IMG/VR virus record: IMGVR_UViG_3300035208_005635
Span: 64,001-98,792 of that record
DNA: 34,792 nucleotides
From: a virus
Taxonomy: Duplodnaviria > Heunggongvirae > Uroviricota > Caudoviricetes
Direction: 5' to 3' (one strand)
The notes beneath the pieces are model-generated. The model was not told the origin of the DNA, did not search any database, and saw only the letters and a list, made by a program, of their open reading frames with translations. This document shows, in pieces, positions 1 to 9,180 of the stretch. The position numbers were made by a program, and so were the translations under genes. The stretch's first letter is position 1. Every line of letters begins with the position of its first letter.

Positions 1-2
1 AA

Positions 3-1334
3 CCTAATTCTGAAAATACCATAGAAGATATTGCTCAGAGTATTTGCACTAATTTCTATGCGTTTGGAAATTCTTATTTAGAAAAAGTTTTTGAAGACGG
101 AGATTCTACTAAGGAAGTAGTAGAAATCTATAATCTTAATAGTGAGAATACAAAGATTTTGGTTGACGCAGAAAGAAGAAAAGCTGGCATAAATGAGATT
201 GTAGGGTATGACTTATATGTTCCTTTTGCAGAAGGTAATTCTGTTTCTGATAAAACTATTACTTATTCCAGAGATGAAATTACTCACTTCAAGAGAACAG
301 ACCCTAGAGGAGGTTTGTATGGAAAACCTTTATTTGAGGATAATCAAGCAGTGATACAATTAATCTTACAAGCCTTAGGGTATAATATTAAAACCTTCGA
401 AAATTCAGGAAAACCGCCATTAAAGATTAGATTACCAGAAGGGACAAGCTCTACGGAAGCAGAAGAATTTAGTAATTTCTTCGAAAAGAATTTTCAAGGA
501 ATACACAATGCAGGCAAAGCCTTAGTTCTTTATAATAATGCAGATGCGGCGGCTCTAGGACTATCCCCAGCCGATATTGAATATTTGAAACTTTTGACTT
601 TTGGATTAAAGCAAGTAGCAGGTATGTATGGCGTTCCAATGATAATGATTAGTCAACCAGAAGGTAGTAATCGAGCCACAAGCTACGAAGAAACCAAGAG
701 TTTTTATCAGAGAGTTATACAGCCATTGAGAAATTACATAGACAACAAACTAACTAAAGAAATTAATGTTCAATCCTTAAACTGCCCAGATTGGAGATTA
801 GATTTTCAAGACATTGATTTGGAAGACAGCACTTCAAGAGTTGAAGAAGCTAGCAAATCGTTTATGTATGGAACTAGAAGCTGGAATGAGGCTCGTAAGA
901 GAATGGCTCTTGAAGCAGGGACAGAATCTTGGATGGATGATTTCTATGTTGTTCACAACGGTATTGCTACTCCGCTTAGAGATTTCTCTTCAGGAAAGGC
1001 AAAAACTCAAACAGACAAACTAAAAGAAAAAGCACCGAAAGAAGAAAAAAAACCAGTCGACCCTACAAAAAAATCCGAAGAAACAGAAAAGTCTGAAACT
1101 TCTGTTGAAGCAAAAAAGAAAGCAAAGAAAGAAAACGACCAATTAAACAAAGGAGAAGTTATTAGTGCTATGAGAAGCGATAATCACAAGGTTCATTTAG
1201 AACAGCATAAAAAAGTTTTGTTTACCATTAAGGATAAATATCGAGCTAGTTTGAGAGTGCATATGTATTCTCACGAAGACTTGATGTGGGAACAAAACGA
1301 AGATGGAAATTATGGAGAAGTCGATAAAGAGTAA
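3..1334 (+). CDS. Phage portal protein, HK97 family (5' truncated)
   Basis: The frame is open from base 3 (PNSENTIEDIAQSICTNFYAFGNSYLEK, the portal GNAY-type motif), so TTG159 is not the start. Downstream motifs include EITHFK, GLYGKP, FENSGKPP, VAGMYGVP, SNRATSYE and SWNEARKRMAL. Confidence 0.93.
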   Translation, partial: PNSENTIEDIAQSICTNFYAFGNSYLEKVFEDGDSTKEVVEIYNLNSENTKILVDAERRKAGINEIVGYDLYVPFAEGNSVSDKTITYSRDEITHFKRTDPRGGLYGKPLFEDNQAVIQLILQALGYNIKTFENSGKPPLKIRLPEGTSSTEAEEFSNFFEKNFQGIHNAGKALVLYNNADAAALGLSPADIEYLKLLTFGLKQVAGMYGVPMIMISQPEGSNRATSYEETKSFYQRVIQPLRNYIDNKLTKEINVQSLNCPDWRLDFQDIDLEDSTSRVEEASKSFMYGTRSWNEARKRMALEAGTESWMDDFYVVHNGIATPLRDFSSGKAKTQTDKLKEKAPKEEKKPVDPTKKSEETEKSETSVEAKKKAKKENDQLNKGEVISAMRSDNHKVHLEQHKKVLFTIKDKYRASLRVHMYSHEDLMWEQNEDGNYGEVDKE

Positions 1335-2286
1335 TCAATACTATTCTTCAAGTTATATTGAAGCAGAGAAGAAGGCTTTTAATAAAGTCGGAGGTTCAGC
1401 CTTCTTCTCGAGCAAAGTAGTTTCTAGTTATTTGGAGATAGAAGGAAGATTTGTAAAAAGCATTGCTAATGATTTTCTGTCTGAGCAAGCAAAGAGATTT
1501 CCTTGGGGTATTATAAAGGATTTTTTACAAATCTATCCGCCATTACTAAAAAAGAGTCGTTATCAAATAGAAAAAGAGTTGTTGTCAAAAATGATGGATG
1601 ATGAGAATTTTCTCAATACTCCAGAAGAGACAGATATTGATTTAATGACTCAATATTATGAAGAAGGATACAATATAGGCGGGCAAACTGCTCTTCAGGA
1701 TATAAAAAGTAAATTTAGCAAAGGCAATAGTAGTATGAAAGCTTTGTCTTCTAATATCAAGACAAATTTTACCTTAACAGACCCGAGAGTTAGAAGTAAA
1801 TTAAAATGGGAGGGAGGAAAAAGAATTGTAGGAATAAATGAAACTACTCGTCGATTAATAATAAATGAGTTAATAAACGCCTATGATTCAGGACTTGGAG
1901 CAGAGGGAATGAAGAAACAGTTATCCGCATTATTTTCTTCTTGGAGAATAAATAATAATAGTCAAGAGTTTACTAATAAAAGAGCAGAGCTGATTGCTAG
2001 AACAGAATTATCACAATCAGTTAGTTGGGCAAGAGAAGAAAGTTATGCTCAGAGAGATGTTAGAAAAAAATCTTGGTTAGCGGAGCCTACCGCTTGTGAA
2101 AGATGCACTCAGGCTATGGGCGATGGTATTATCTCTTTCAGCCAATTGTTTAGTATAGGATTATTAGGTCCGATTGCTCATCCGAGATGCAGATGCACCT
2201 TATTACCAGAAGTAGAGGTTCAAGACTATTTACAAGGTTATACTTGGCACGGAGAGGCAGAAAATGCGTCTCATAGTCAAGAATAA
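1312..2286 (+). CDS. Minor head morphogenesis protein (Mu gpF / SPP1 gp7 family)
   Basis: RAELIARTE, KKSWLA..CERC and AHPRCRC motifs; directly follows the portal. ATG1312 chosen over 1303 because it matches the T-ATG start pattern. Confidence 0.88.
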   Translation: MEKSIKSNQYYSSSYIEAEKKAFNKVGGSAFFSSKVVSSYLEIEGRFVKSIANDFLSEQAKRFPWGIIKDFLQIYPPLLKKSRYQIEKELLSKMMDDENFLNTPEETDIDLMTQYYEEGYNIGGQTALQDIKSKFSKGNSSMKALSSNIKTNFTLTDPRVRSKLKWEGGKRIVGINETTRRLIINELINAYDSGLGAEGMKKQLSALFSSWRINNNSQEFTNKRAELIARTELSQSVSWAREESYAQRDVRKKSWLAEPTACERCTQAMGDGIISFSQLFSIGLLGPIAHPRCRCTLLPEVEVQDYLQGYTWHGEAENASHSQE

Positions 2287-2290
2287 ATAT

Positions 2291-2836
2291 ATGATACCAT
2301 TTCCAATGACAAATCGTCTTAATGTTACTAATCAGAATATGGGAACTTCTTGTTATAGTTCTACCAGCTGTCAACTTGAAAAGGAGAGACTTGAAAAGAA
2401 TAAAAAAATTTTAGACAGAGATATTTCTTTGACAAGACTACAAAATACTCTTGAAAAATTAAAGAAATATTCTGAAAAATCTGGTATTCCTTACTTAGAA
2501 GTTCTAGAGGCCTTTTTAACAGAAGAGCAGGTAGAACTATACAATAATAGATTCACTATTCGAGAAGAAGCAACTAAATTGAGAGAAGAAGAGGCATTAG
2601 AAGCAGAAAGAATAAAGAAAGAATTGGATAATTATCAAAAAATAGCAGACGATTATCGAGAAAATACATATCCTACAACTATCCCGAGTAATCCAGATGT
2701 TGGAGATTTCAATATCCACTATTATGCAGATTGTCAGAATCAAATTGACAGGAGTGGATTTCATCGTATTTCTCCAAATATAAAATCTAATTCAAAATCT
2801 GTTTTTTATCAAAGGTTAACAGAAATTATTAACTAA
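2291..2836 (+). CDS. Hypothetical protein with coiled-coil region
   Basis: ORF in operon; ATG2291 follows the preceding stop; no family recognised. Confidence 0.6.
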   Translation: MIPFPMTNRLNVTNQNMGTSCYSSTSCQLEKERLEKNKKILDRDISLTRLQNTLEKLKKYSEKSGIPYLEVLEAFLTEEQVELYNNRFTIREEATKLREEEALEAERIKKELDNYQKIADDYRENTYPTTIPSNPDVGDFNIHYYADCQNQIDRSGFHRISPNIKSNSKSVFYQRLTEIIN

Positions 2837-2848
2837 TAAATAATAACT

Positions 2849-3070
2849 ATGAAAGAGGTAACTACTCAAGACATTAGAAAAGAAATGTTAGGATTAGACC
2901 CGATTACAAAAAAGAATCTACTTGGACACGTTCAAGGAAAATCTAATCCTGAGATTTTAAACTTTATTAAACACTATAAAAAGGTGAGGGGTTTAGATAC
3001 CCGAGAAGGTGTGGAGAAGTATCAAGAAAATAGAAAATACGGCTGTAAAGGCTGTAAAAATAAAAGATAA
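2849..3070 (+). CDS. Small basic hypothetical protein
   Basis: 73-aa ORF with A-rich upstream tract and T-ATG; ends CKGCKNKR. Confidence 0.6.
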   Translation: MKEVTTQDIRKEMLGLDPITKKNLLGHVQGKSNPEILNFIKHYKKVRGLDTREGVEKYQENRKYGCKGCKNKR

Positions 3071-3074
3071 TTTT

Positions 3075-3332
3075 ATGCCAATATATAAAACAAAATGTCC
3101 TAAGTGCGGTAAGATAGAAGAAGTTTTTTACGGGAAAATGGTTGACGGAGAACTTATCTCTCTTGCCTGCAAAGACTGCGGTAATCCGCAACTTCAGAGA
3201 ATTTTCTCTCCTATAGCAAGTGCTAATTTCGCTAACGGGAGTAGTAGAAAATCTCTGAAAACCAGAACAGGAGTTGGGGAGTTAATTTTAAAGAGAGGGG
3301 CACAGGATATTATTAATAATGCTTCTAAATAA
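3075..3332 (+). CDS. FmdB-family zinc-ribbon protein
   Basis: MPIYKTKCPKCG...CKDCGNPQLQRIFS matches the FmdB MPxYxYxCxxCG...CxxCG..LxR pattern; the start is ATG3075, not GTG3009. Confidence 0.8.
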   Translation: MPIYKTKCPKCGKIEEVFYGKMVDGELISLACKDCGNPQLQRIFSPIASANFANGSSRKSLKTRTGVGELILKRGAQDIINNASK

Positions 3333-3333
3333 T

Positions 3334-3600
3334 ATGCAATTAAAAACTTTAACAGCAAGTTGGTGCTCGAGCTGTAGAGCAATGAAGGCTGTTTGGTCTG
3401 CTATAAATAGAGAATACCCAAAAGTAGAATTTAATTTTCTCGATTGCACAAATGACGATGGTATTGCTTTATCTTATGACTCAGATATTTTACCTACTGT
3501 CTTAGTTTTAAATGATGAGAATAAAGTTGTGGATAAACTAGTCGGGACTCATCACAAAGACTCGGTAGTAGACGTTTTAAAGAAACATAATTTTATTTAA
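3334..3600 (+). CDS. Thioredoxin-like protein
   Basis: ASWCSSCRAM CxxC motif and ILPTVLV cis-Pro motif; 88 aa. Confidence 0.85.
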   Translation: MQLKTLTASWCSSCRAMKAVWSAINREYPKVEFNFLDCTNDDGIALSYDSDILPTVLVLNDENKVVDKLVGTHHKDSVVDVLKKHNFI

Positions 3601-3603
3601 CTT

Positions 3604-4356
3604 ATGCCAGAAGAAATAAATTATCAATTAGGTTGTATTCAAGACCCAGTGGATACAAACGATTTATTACTAAGTCAATATATCATTCCTAATAGATTGC
3701 CTAAATCTATAGATTGGTTTCAAACAGAAGTTCCAGTATTAGACCAAGGCAGAGAGCCTGCTTGTGTCGGATACGCTAGTGTTGCTCTCAAGCAAAACCA
3801 AGAAAAGATAGATGAGAACAAGATATTAAACTTTTCTGGGCTAGACCTTTATAAACGCTGTAAAGAAATAGACGAAATGCCGGGAGTTGACGGAACTAAT
3901 ATTCGTTGGGCGTTAAAAGTTTTACAAGAAGAAGGAATATCAGAAGCTGGTGGTGATATTTATAAGATAGGGGCTTATACAAGAGTAACTACTCTTGAGG
4001 AATTAAAATATTCCTTAGTGTCTAATGGTTTTGCTTTATTAGGTGTTCGAGCAATGCCGAGAATGTTTAACCCTAAAGATGGAGTAGTTTTTTCTGAAGA
4101 GGGCGATGTATCAAAAGGAGGACATTGTATTTTAGTAGGAGGATACGACGATTATTCGCAGAGAATAACCTTTAAAAATTCTTGGGGTCCTGCTTGGGGA
4201 TTGAGCGGTTATGGCTATTTAACCTACGAGTATTTCAATAAGAATCTAACAGACGGTTGGACTGCGGTGGATATATTTAATGAACATCCTACAGTTGCTT
4301 CTACAATGTTCAATATCGATAAATTAAAAGAAGATTTAATTAACGTAACTAAATAA
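3604..4356 (+). CDS. Papain-like cysteine peptidase (C1A family)
   Basis: DQGREPAC (oxyanion Gln, catalytic Cys), GGHCILVGGY (His), KNSWGPAWGLSGY (Asn). Confidence 0.9.
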   Translation: MPEEINYQLGCIQDPVDTNDLLLSQYIIPNRLPKSIDWFQTEVPVLDQGREPACVGYASVALKQNQEKIDENKILNFSGLDLYKRCKEIDEMPGVDGTNIRWALKVLQEEGISEAGGDIYKIGAYTRVTTLEELKYSLVSNGFALLGVRAMPRMFNPKDGVVFSEEGDVSKGGHCILVGGYDDYSQRITFKNSWGPAWGLSGYGYLTYEYFNKNLTDGWTAVDIFNEHPTVASTMFNIDKLKEDLINVTK

Positions 4357-4360
4357 TTTT

Positions 4361-4690
4361 ATGAACAACCAAGTTTCACAACAAAATGTTCCGGCAATCA
4401 GCAAGTATCAATTAAAAATGTTTGTCGGAAAAACAGACCAAGAGCTAGAAGACAGAGCCAACACTTTTCTAGAGACGATTAACGAAGAGAAAAAGTTAAT
4501 GAACTACATTTTCTCTGTTAATCAAGTAACAGGTGAGCTAGTTTTAGTAATTACCTATGTTACTTTATCTCCAATGACTAAGGAAGAGTGGGTCAATCGC
4601 CAAAATAAGCAAAAAGAATTTACTAAGGTCTTTCAGGAAATTCAGGCAGAAAGTTTATTGCCGAAGTCTCCAAAGATAGAAACTCTATGA
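4361..4690 (+). CDS. Hypothetical protein
   Basis: 109-aa ORF; ATGA overlap with the next gene. Confidence 0.65.
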   Translation: MNNQVSQQNVPAISKYQLKMFVGKTDQELEDRANTFLETINEEKKLMNYIFSVNQVTGELVLVITYVTLSPMTKEEWVNRQNKQKEFTKVFQEIQAESLLPKSPKIETL

Positions 4691-4992
4691 CCCAAGTCCA
4701 AGACCTTTCTACCCTTGGACAAAAGAAAGAGGGGACGATTCTAAATTTAAAATTTCCTTCTGTGGAAAATCGTCCCCTGACAGTTAAAGAATTTGTTGAG
4801 TTTAGTATTTATAATTTTGACCAAGTAGGTAGACAATTAAAAAGCATTTTAGAATATCTTAAGGGGCAGGATAATGTAAATATGATTATGAAAGAGAAAT
4901 TAACTCTCTTTGAGACTGTTCTCAATGCTTGGATAGAAGAAGCTAAAAAATTAGAAAGCAATGAACAAAAAGAAAATACAGATAACAAATAA
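4687..4992 (+). CDS. Hypothetical protein
   Basis: 101-aa ORF coupled by ATGA overlap. Confidence 0.65.
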   Translation: MTQVQDLSTLGQKKEGTILNLKFPSVENRPLTVKEFVEFSIYNFDQVGRQLKSILEYLKGQDNVNMIMKEKLTLFETVLNAWIEEAKKLESNEQKENTDNK

Positions 4993-5113
4993 AGATTGGG
5001 AAGATATACTAGAGGAAATGAATAAACTTTTTCCGAAGGGGGTATCAAAAGATAGAGGAAAGGCGATGGTTTTTCTTGCTCAGATTTTTATTATTCTAAA
5101 TATTCGACATTAA
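4961..5113 (+). CDS. Small hypothetical protein (50 aa, not in ORF track)
   Basis: MNKKKIQITNKDWEDILEEMNKLFPKGVSKDRGKAMVFLAQIFIILNIRH fills the gap and stops 5 nt before ATG5119. Confidence 0.55.
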   Translation: MNKKKIQITNKDWEDILEEMNKLFPKGVSKDRGKAMVFLAQIFIILNIRH

Positions 5114-5118
5114 AAATT

Positions 5119-6312
5119 ATGAATAATCGACTTCTTATTTACGGCGACTATTATATTAAACCCTCTGGCTTTGCTAGAGAATTTCGAGATTTAATTCCTG
5201 AACTTCAGAAATTAGGTTGGGATATTCGTCAAGTAGCTTTGGGTTATAACGGATTTCCTGAAGATAAAAATATAAAAGTGTATCCAGGTAAATTTTATAA
5301 GCTTGATAGTTATTGGGCTAGAGAAATGCTTGAATACGCTATTAAGGACTTTGACCCTGATATTGTCTTATCTTTGGGAGATTATTATATGTTGCCTAAA
5401 ATAGCTTTTGCAATGGCTTATCCTCATAAGGCTAAATGGATTCATTGGGGTGTCTTAGACGGAGCTCCTTTAGGTTTTGGTTGTAAAGAACCATTAAAGT
5501 GGGTTGATTATAATTTAGGGCATAGTGATTTTGCTCTTGATGAGATAAGAAAAGTTCTTCCCGATATTCAGGGAGAAAAATTTATACCTGCAACTAATCC
5601 TGACATATTCTACGAAATGAATAAGAAAAAATTAAGAAAAGAATTTGGTTGTGAGGATAAATATGTAATAACCACAGTGGCTAGAAATCAGACTAGAAAG
5701 AATTTACCTGCTCTTTTAGAGGCTATGCGTTATCTTAGAAAAGATATTCCTAATGCAATGTTGCTTTTAGGTCTTACACAGCAAAACACTATTACTCCCG
5801 AAGGAGCCTTAGAAGGTCATCAAATTCAATATTTAATCGACTATTTTGAAGTTAATGACTGTGTTGTAATACCAAAAGAAAAAGACGGCAAAGGTTCTTT
5901 GACTGATAAAACTATTCGAGAGATTTATAATTTAGGCGATATATTCTGTTTGCCTAGTATGGGAGAAGGATTTGGAATGATTTTTCACGAAAGTCTTGCT
6001 TGTGGTGTTCCTGTTCTTGGAACCGAGTGTTCAGCAATACCAGAAACTATAAAAGATTTTGGTTCTTATCTACACCCTGAGTCTTTCTTTTATACCCAAG
6101 ACGGTGTTAGCCAAGCGGTAGTTAATTCTCTAGAAGTTATGGATGCTATAGACGATGCCCATTCAAGAAAGGATGAATTTGATAAAAAGGGTCAAGAAGG
6201 AAAAATTTATGTTAGTCAATTCACTCCTATAAACCAAGCTAAAAAATTAGACGAAATAATGAAGAGAGTAATCTCTGAAGATATTAAATCTATAATGAGA
6301 CAAGAGGTATGA
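5119..6312 (+). CDS. Glycosyltransferase, GT-B fold (GT4-like)
   Basis: PSGFARE N-terminal loop, VARNQTRKNL, and the DIFCLPSMGEGFGMIFHESLACGVPV EX7E motif. Confidence 0.93.
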   Translation: MNNRLLIYGDYYIKPSGFAREFRDLIPELQKLGWDIRQVALGYNGFPEDKNIKVYPGKFYKLDSYWAREMLEYAIKDFDPDIVLSLGDYYMLPKIAFAMAYPHKAKWIHWGVLDGAPLGFGCKEPLKWVDYNLGHSDFALDEIRKVLPDIQGEKFIPATNPDIFYEMNKKKLRKEFGCEDKYVITTVARNQTRKNLPALLEAMRYLRKDIPNAMLLLGLTQQNTITPEGALEGHQIQYLIDYFEVNDCVVIPKEKDGKGSLTDKTIREIYNLGDIFCLPSMGEGFGMIFHESLACGVPVLGTECSAIPETIKDFGSYLHPESFFYTQDGVSQAVVNSLEVMDAIDDAHSRKDEFDKKGQEGKIYVSQFTPINQAKKLDEIMKRVISEDIKSIMRQEV

Positions 6313-7100
6313 GCATAGCAACAAAAATAATAAAAAATATTAGAGAAGAAAAAGGAAAAGGATTGGTTTCTATTATTGTTCCTATTTATAACAAAATAGA
6401 ATTTACAATGCAGATGCTTTCCGGTCTTTTTGAAAACACTAAGACACCTTATGAGATTATTATTATAGATAATAATTCTGTAGATGCTTCAGAAAAAGTG
6501 ATTAAAGAGTTCTTTAAGAGCAAGCCTGAGGGTGTTGAAGGTGTTTATATAAAGAATCCTCAAAATCAAGGATACTCGATTGCTAATAATCAAGGTGCTA
6601 GGGTTGCTAAGGGAGAAATGCTCTGTTTCCTTAATAATGACACTATTCCTCTAAAAGGCTGGTTAGAGGGGCTTGTAGGGGCTCACAAAGCCCATAAGGC
6701 AGGGATAACAGGGGCGAAACTAATAATTCCAGGGCAAGGTATTATCCAGCACGCAGGGATAGATTTTGACGAGTTCAAATATCCTGTTCACATAAACTAC
6801 GGTCTGCAAAGAGACGCCAAAGAAGTTTCTGAAGATAAAGAATATAAAGCAGTTACAGGAGCTTGTTTATTAGTAGACAAAAAGAACTTTCTTAATATGG
6901 GAGGTTTTGATGAGGGTTATTGGTTAGGCTGGGAAGACATAGATTTATGTAATCGTTTCAGAAAAGCAGGTTATCATATTTGGTATGCTAGCAAATCAGA
7001 GTTGTATCATTACGAGTCTATGAGTGAAGGCCGATATTCTAAAGAAACAGATAACTGGTATAAATATTCTAAAAAATGGGTTTTCGAAACTAATAAATAA
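6309..7100 (+). CDS. Glycosyltransferase family 2 (GT-A)
   Basis: VSIIVPIYN, IIIIDNNSVD, NQGYSIANNQG, FLNNDT, VTGACLLV, GGFDEGY...EDIDLC. Confidence 0.95.
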   Translation: MSIATKIIKNIREEKGKGLVSIIVPIYNKIEFTMQMLSGLFENTKTPYEIIIIDNNSVDASEKVIKEFFKSKPEGVEGVYIKNPQNQGYSIANNQGARVAKGEMLCFLNNDTIPLKGWLEGLVGAHKAHKAGITGAKLIIPGQGIIQHAGIDFDEFKYPVHINYGLQRDAKEVSEDKEYKAVTGACLLVDKKNFLNMGGFDEGYWLGWEDIDLCNRFRKAGYHIWYASKSELYHYESMSEGRYSKETDNWYKYSKKWVFETNK

Positions 7101-7104
7101 TACT

Positions 7105-7407
7105 ATGGGAGAAATGAAAAAAGTTAATCCCGAGGAAGTTAAAGCAAGGATTAAATTACGTCAAAAGATTTATTATCAAACTCATAAAAAGAGATTAGTA
7201 GAGTCTGCAAAAAATTATTATCAAGAAAACAAAAGTAGTATCTTAAAAGATAACAAAAAATCTCTTAGAAAAAAGAAATATGATACTTTGTATTATATTA
7301 AGCATAAGACAGAAATTTTATCTAAAAGACATTACTTAGCAGAGCAAAAAAAACTAAAAAGAAAATTAAATGGAATATCAGCACAACAAAATAAAAATGG
7401 CTACTAG
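7105..7407 (+). CDS. Very basic hypothetical protein with YY-x2-3-K-x2-I repeats
   Basis: YYQTHKKRL, YYQENKSSI and YYIKHKTEI repeats; ATG7105 preferred over 7024. Confidence 0.55.
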   Translation: MGEMKKVNPEEVKARIKLRQKIYYQTHKKRLVESAKNYYQENKSSILKDNKKSLRKKKYDTLYYIKHKTEILSKRHYLAEQKKLKRKLNGISAQQNKNGY

Positions 7408-7549
7408 AGTTCGAGGAAAGAAAGTAGACCAAGATTATGCTGCTTTCTTTCAATCTGAAGTTTTAGGAGTTCTTCAAGGTTCTAAAAAACCTGATATTTT
7501 AAACAAAAAAGACTATGGATTTTTACCAAAGAGGAAAAATAGAGGTTAA
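7397..7549 (+). CDS. Small hypothetical protein (50 aa, not in ORF track)
   Basis: MATRVRGKKVDQDYAAFFQSEVLGVLQGSKKPDILNKKDYGFLPKRKNRG bridges 7407 to 7515 with short overlaps on both sides. Confidence 0.5.
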   Translation: MATRVRGKKVDQDYAAFFQSEVLGVLQGSKKPDILNKKDYGFLPKRKNRG

Positions 7550-7721
7550 AATAAACGGGGAGAGCATAGGCTATGTTTCTGCTATAGATATTCGCCGTCA
7601 AGGGGGGATGTCTATAAACTTAATTAAAGAAAGTGTCGATACCGTGGAAACGGTTGACACACAACAGTCCTATGATGATTTCTTTAACAAATTTAAAAGA
7701 GTCTTTAGCAAAGACAATTAA
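7515..7721 (+). CDS. Small hypothetical protein
   Basis: 68-aa ORF with T-ATG start; stops 4 nt before ATG7726. Confidence 0.55.
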   Translation: MDFYQRGKIEVKINGESIGYVSAIDIRRQGGMSINLIKESVDTVETVDTQQSYDDFFNKFKRVFSKDN

Positions 7722-7725
7722 TTTT

Positions 7726-8244
7726 ATGTCTAAAAGTAAAGAGAAAACAATAAGAGATAGAGTAGAGGAAATTTATTCTCAATTCTTTATCAAAACAGAT
7801 ATACCGATAGAAAGCGAAAGAGTTAGGTTTATTTCTGCTGTTTTAGAACTTCTTGAAAGAGCAAAAAGTCCTAGTTTATTTTGCCCTAAATGCGACCAAA
7901 GAATGAGTATTGATTTAGAAACAGGAAGTATGTCTTGTTTCAACTGTGGTTATGAAAAGAAAAGAACTATTCCTGTTTCAGAAGAAGAGAAGATAATTTC
8001 TACTCCTAAACCTTTAATATCTAAGACAGTTGCTAAGACAGGAGAAAAGCCAGACCCTAGATTAATAAATGCAATCAATCAAGTAGAAAAAGGACCTGCG
8101 GGTAAATCCCCCAAAAAATCTATTGGCGAAGCTCTTAGAAAACTAGCAGACGGTCGAAATTCTCCTGTTGTTACTGCTGAAGACGAAGCACAGATAAGAA
8201 GTATTCCCGGTGTCCCGCAAAAAGGAGGAATTAACTGGGTATAA
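7726..8244 (+). CDS. Zinc-ribbon-containing hypothetical protein
   Basis: CPKC-x12-CFNC motif; low-complexity K/P-rich C-terminal half; ATG7726 preferred over 7633. Confidence 0.65.
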   Translation: MSKSKEKTIRDRVEEIYSQFFIKTDIPIESERVRFISAVLELLERAKSPSLFCPKCDQRMSIDLETGSMSCFNCGYEKKRTIPVSEEEKIISTPKPLISKTVAKTGEKPDPRLINAINQVEKGPAGKSPKKSIGEALRKLADGRNSPVVTAEDEAQIRSIPGVPQKGGINWV

Positions 8245-8246
8245 AT

Positions 8247-8693
8247 ATGTCATTGATAATAGACCCACACAACATAATAAGTCGCTTAATAACTCCTGAC
8301 GATTATGCAAGAGTAAAGGAAGAAGCAGACAGGATTTATGAGGAGGCTTTCAGTCCCAAAGGAATTTTTAAAAAAGTTTATGCAGTTGCTCACCAGCAAG
8401 TAACTGATAAAGACCCGCTTAGATTCTTTATTTTAAGGTCTGGTTTAATAGTAATGAATCCAGAAATTATAAGACACACAAAAACAACAGTCGGAGATTA
8501 CGAAGCTTGTTTATCTTTTCCTAATAATTATCAGATACTTGTTCAAAGATGGTATAAAATTACAGTTAAATACGAGAAGTTAAATAACGATTTAACAGTC
8601 TATCAAAGAGAAGAGCATTTAAAAGGTTTAGAAGCGAGAATATTTCAACACGAAATGGCTCACTTCGACTGCAATTATATTTATGAACAGTAA
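8247..8693 (+). CDS. def: Peptide deformylase (divergent)
   Basis: MNPEI, EACLS (EGCLS motif), ARIFQHEMAH (HExxH); motif 1 is altered to VYAVAHQQV. Confidence 0.88.
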   Translation: MSLIIDPHNIISRLITPDDYARVKEEADRIYEEAFSPKGIFKKVYAVAHQQVTDKDPLRFFILRSGLIVMNPEIIRHTKTTVGDYEACLSFPNNYQILVQRWYKITVKYEKLNNDLTVYQREEHLKGLEARIFQHEMAHFDCNYIYEQ

Positions 8694-9180
8694 ACAGCAA
8701 ATTGAAGAAGAATATAGCAAAAAAGACCCGTGGGGGTATGAAACAAATCCTTTCGATAAAATAAGATTGAATAAGATTTTGGATGCTTTGAAACCCTATG
8801 GAATTTTTAACAAGGCTTTAGATATAGGTTGCGGAGAAGGATTTATTACAAAGCATTTACCGGCTAAAGAAATATATGGGTATGATGAATCAGACATTGC
8901 TATGAGTAGATGTCCTAAAGAAATTAAGACGTTAAGAAAACCAGACGTAGAAGGAAAATTTGATTTGGTTATTGCTTCGGGTGTTATGTATAACCAGTAT
9001 GATTATCTTTCTATTATTGATTTGATAAATAGGCACTCTTCAGGAATAGTTTTGCTGTGTAATATTTTTTCTTCTGAAGTAGAAGAGGTTAATCAGTTAA
9101 AGAATGAGGTTTATAAAGAAACATTCCCTTACAGAGACTGGAATGAAATAATTAAAATCTATGATTATCAGGTGCACTAA
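8683..9180 (+). CDS. Class I SAM-dependent methyltransferase (NodS-like)
   Basis: ALDIGCGEG SAM motif, FDLVIASGVMY, N-terminal DPW motif as in NodS-type enzymes. Confidence 0.85.
   Translation: MNSKQQIEEEYSKKDPWGYETNPFDKIRLNKILDALKPYGIFNKALDIGCGEGFITKHLPAKEIYGYDESDIAMSRCPKEIKTLRKPDVEGKFDLVIASGVMYNQYDYLSIIDLINRHSSGIVLLCNIFSSEVEEVNQLKNEVYKETFPYRDWNEIIKIYDYQVH

Noticed and set aside
985-1334. Intein or group I intron in the portal
   Set aside because: No Cys/Ser-start and His-Asn-end splice motifs, and no frame interruption.
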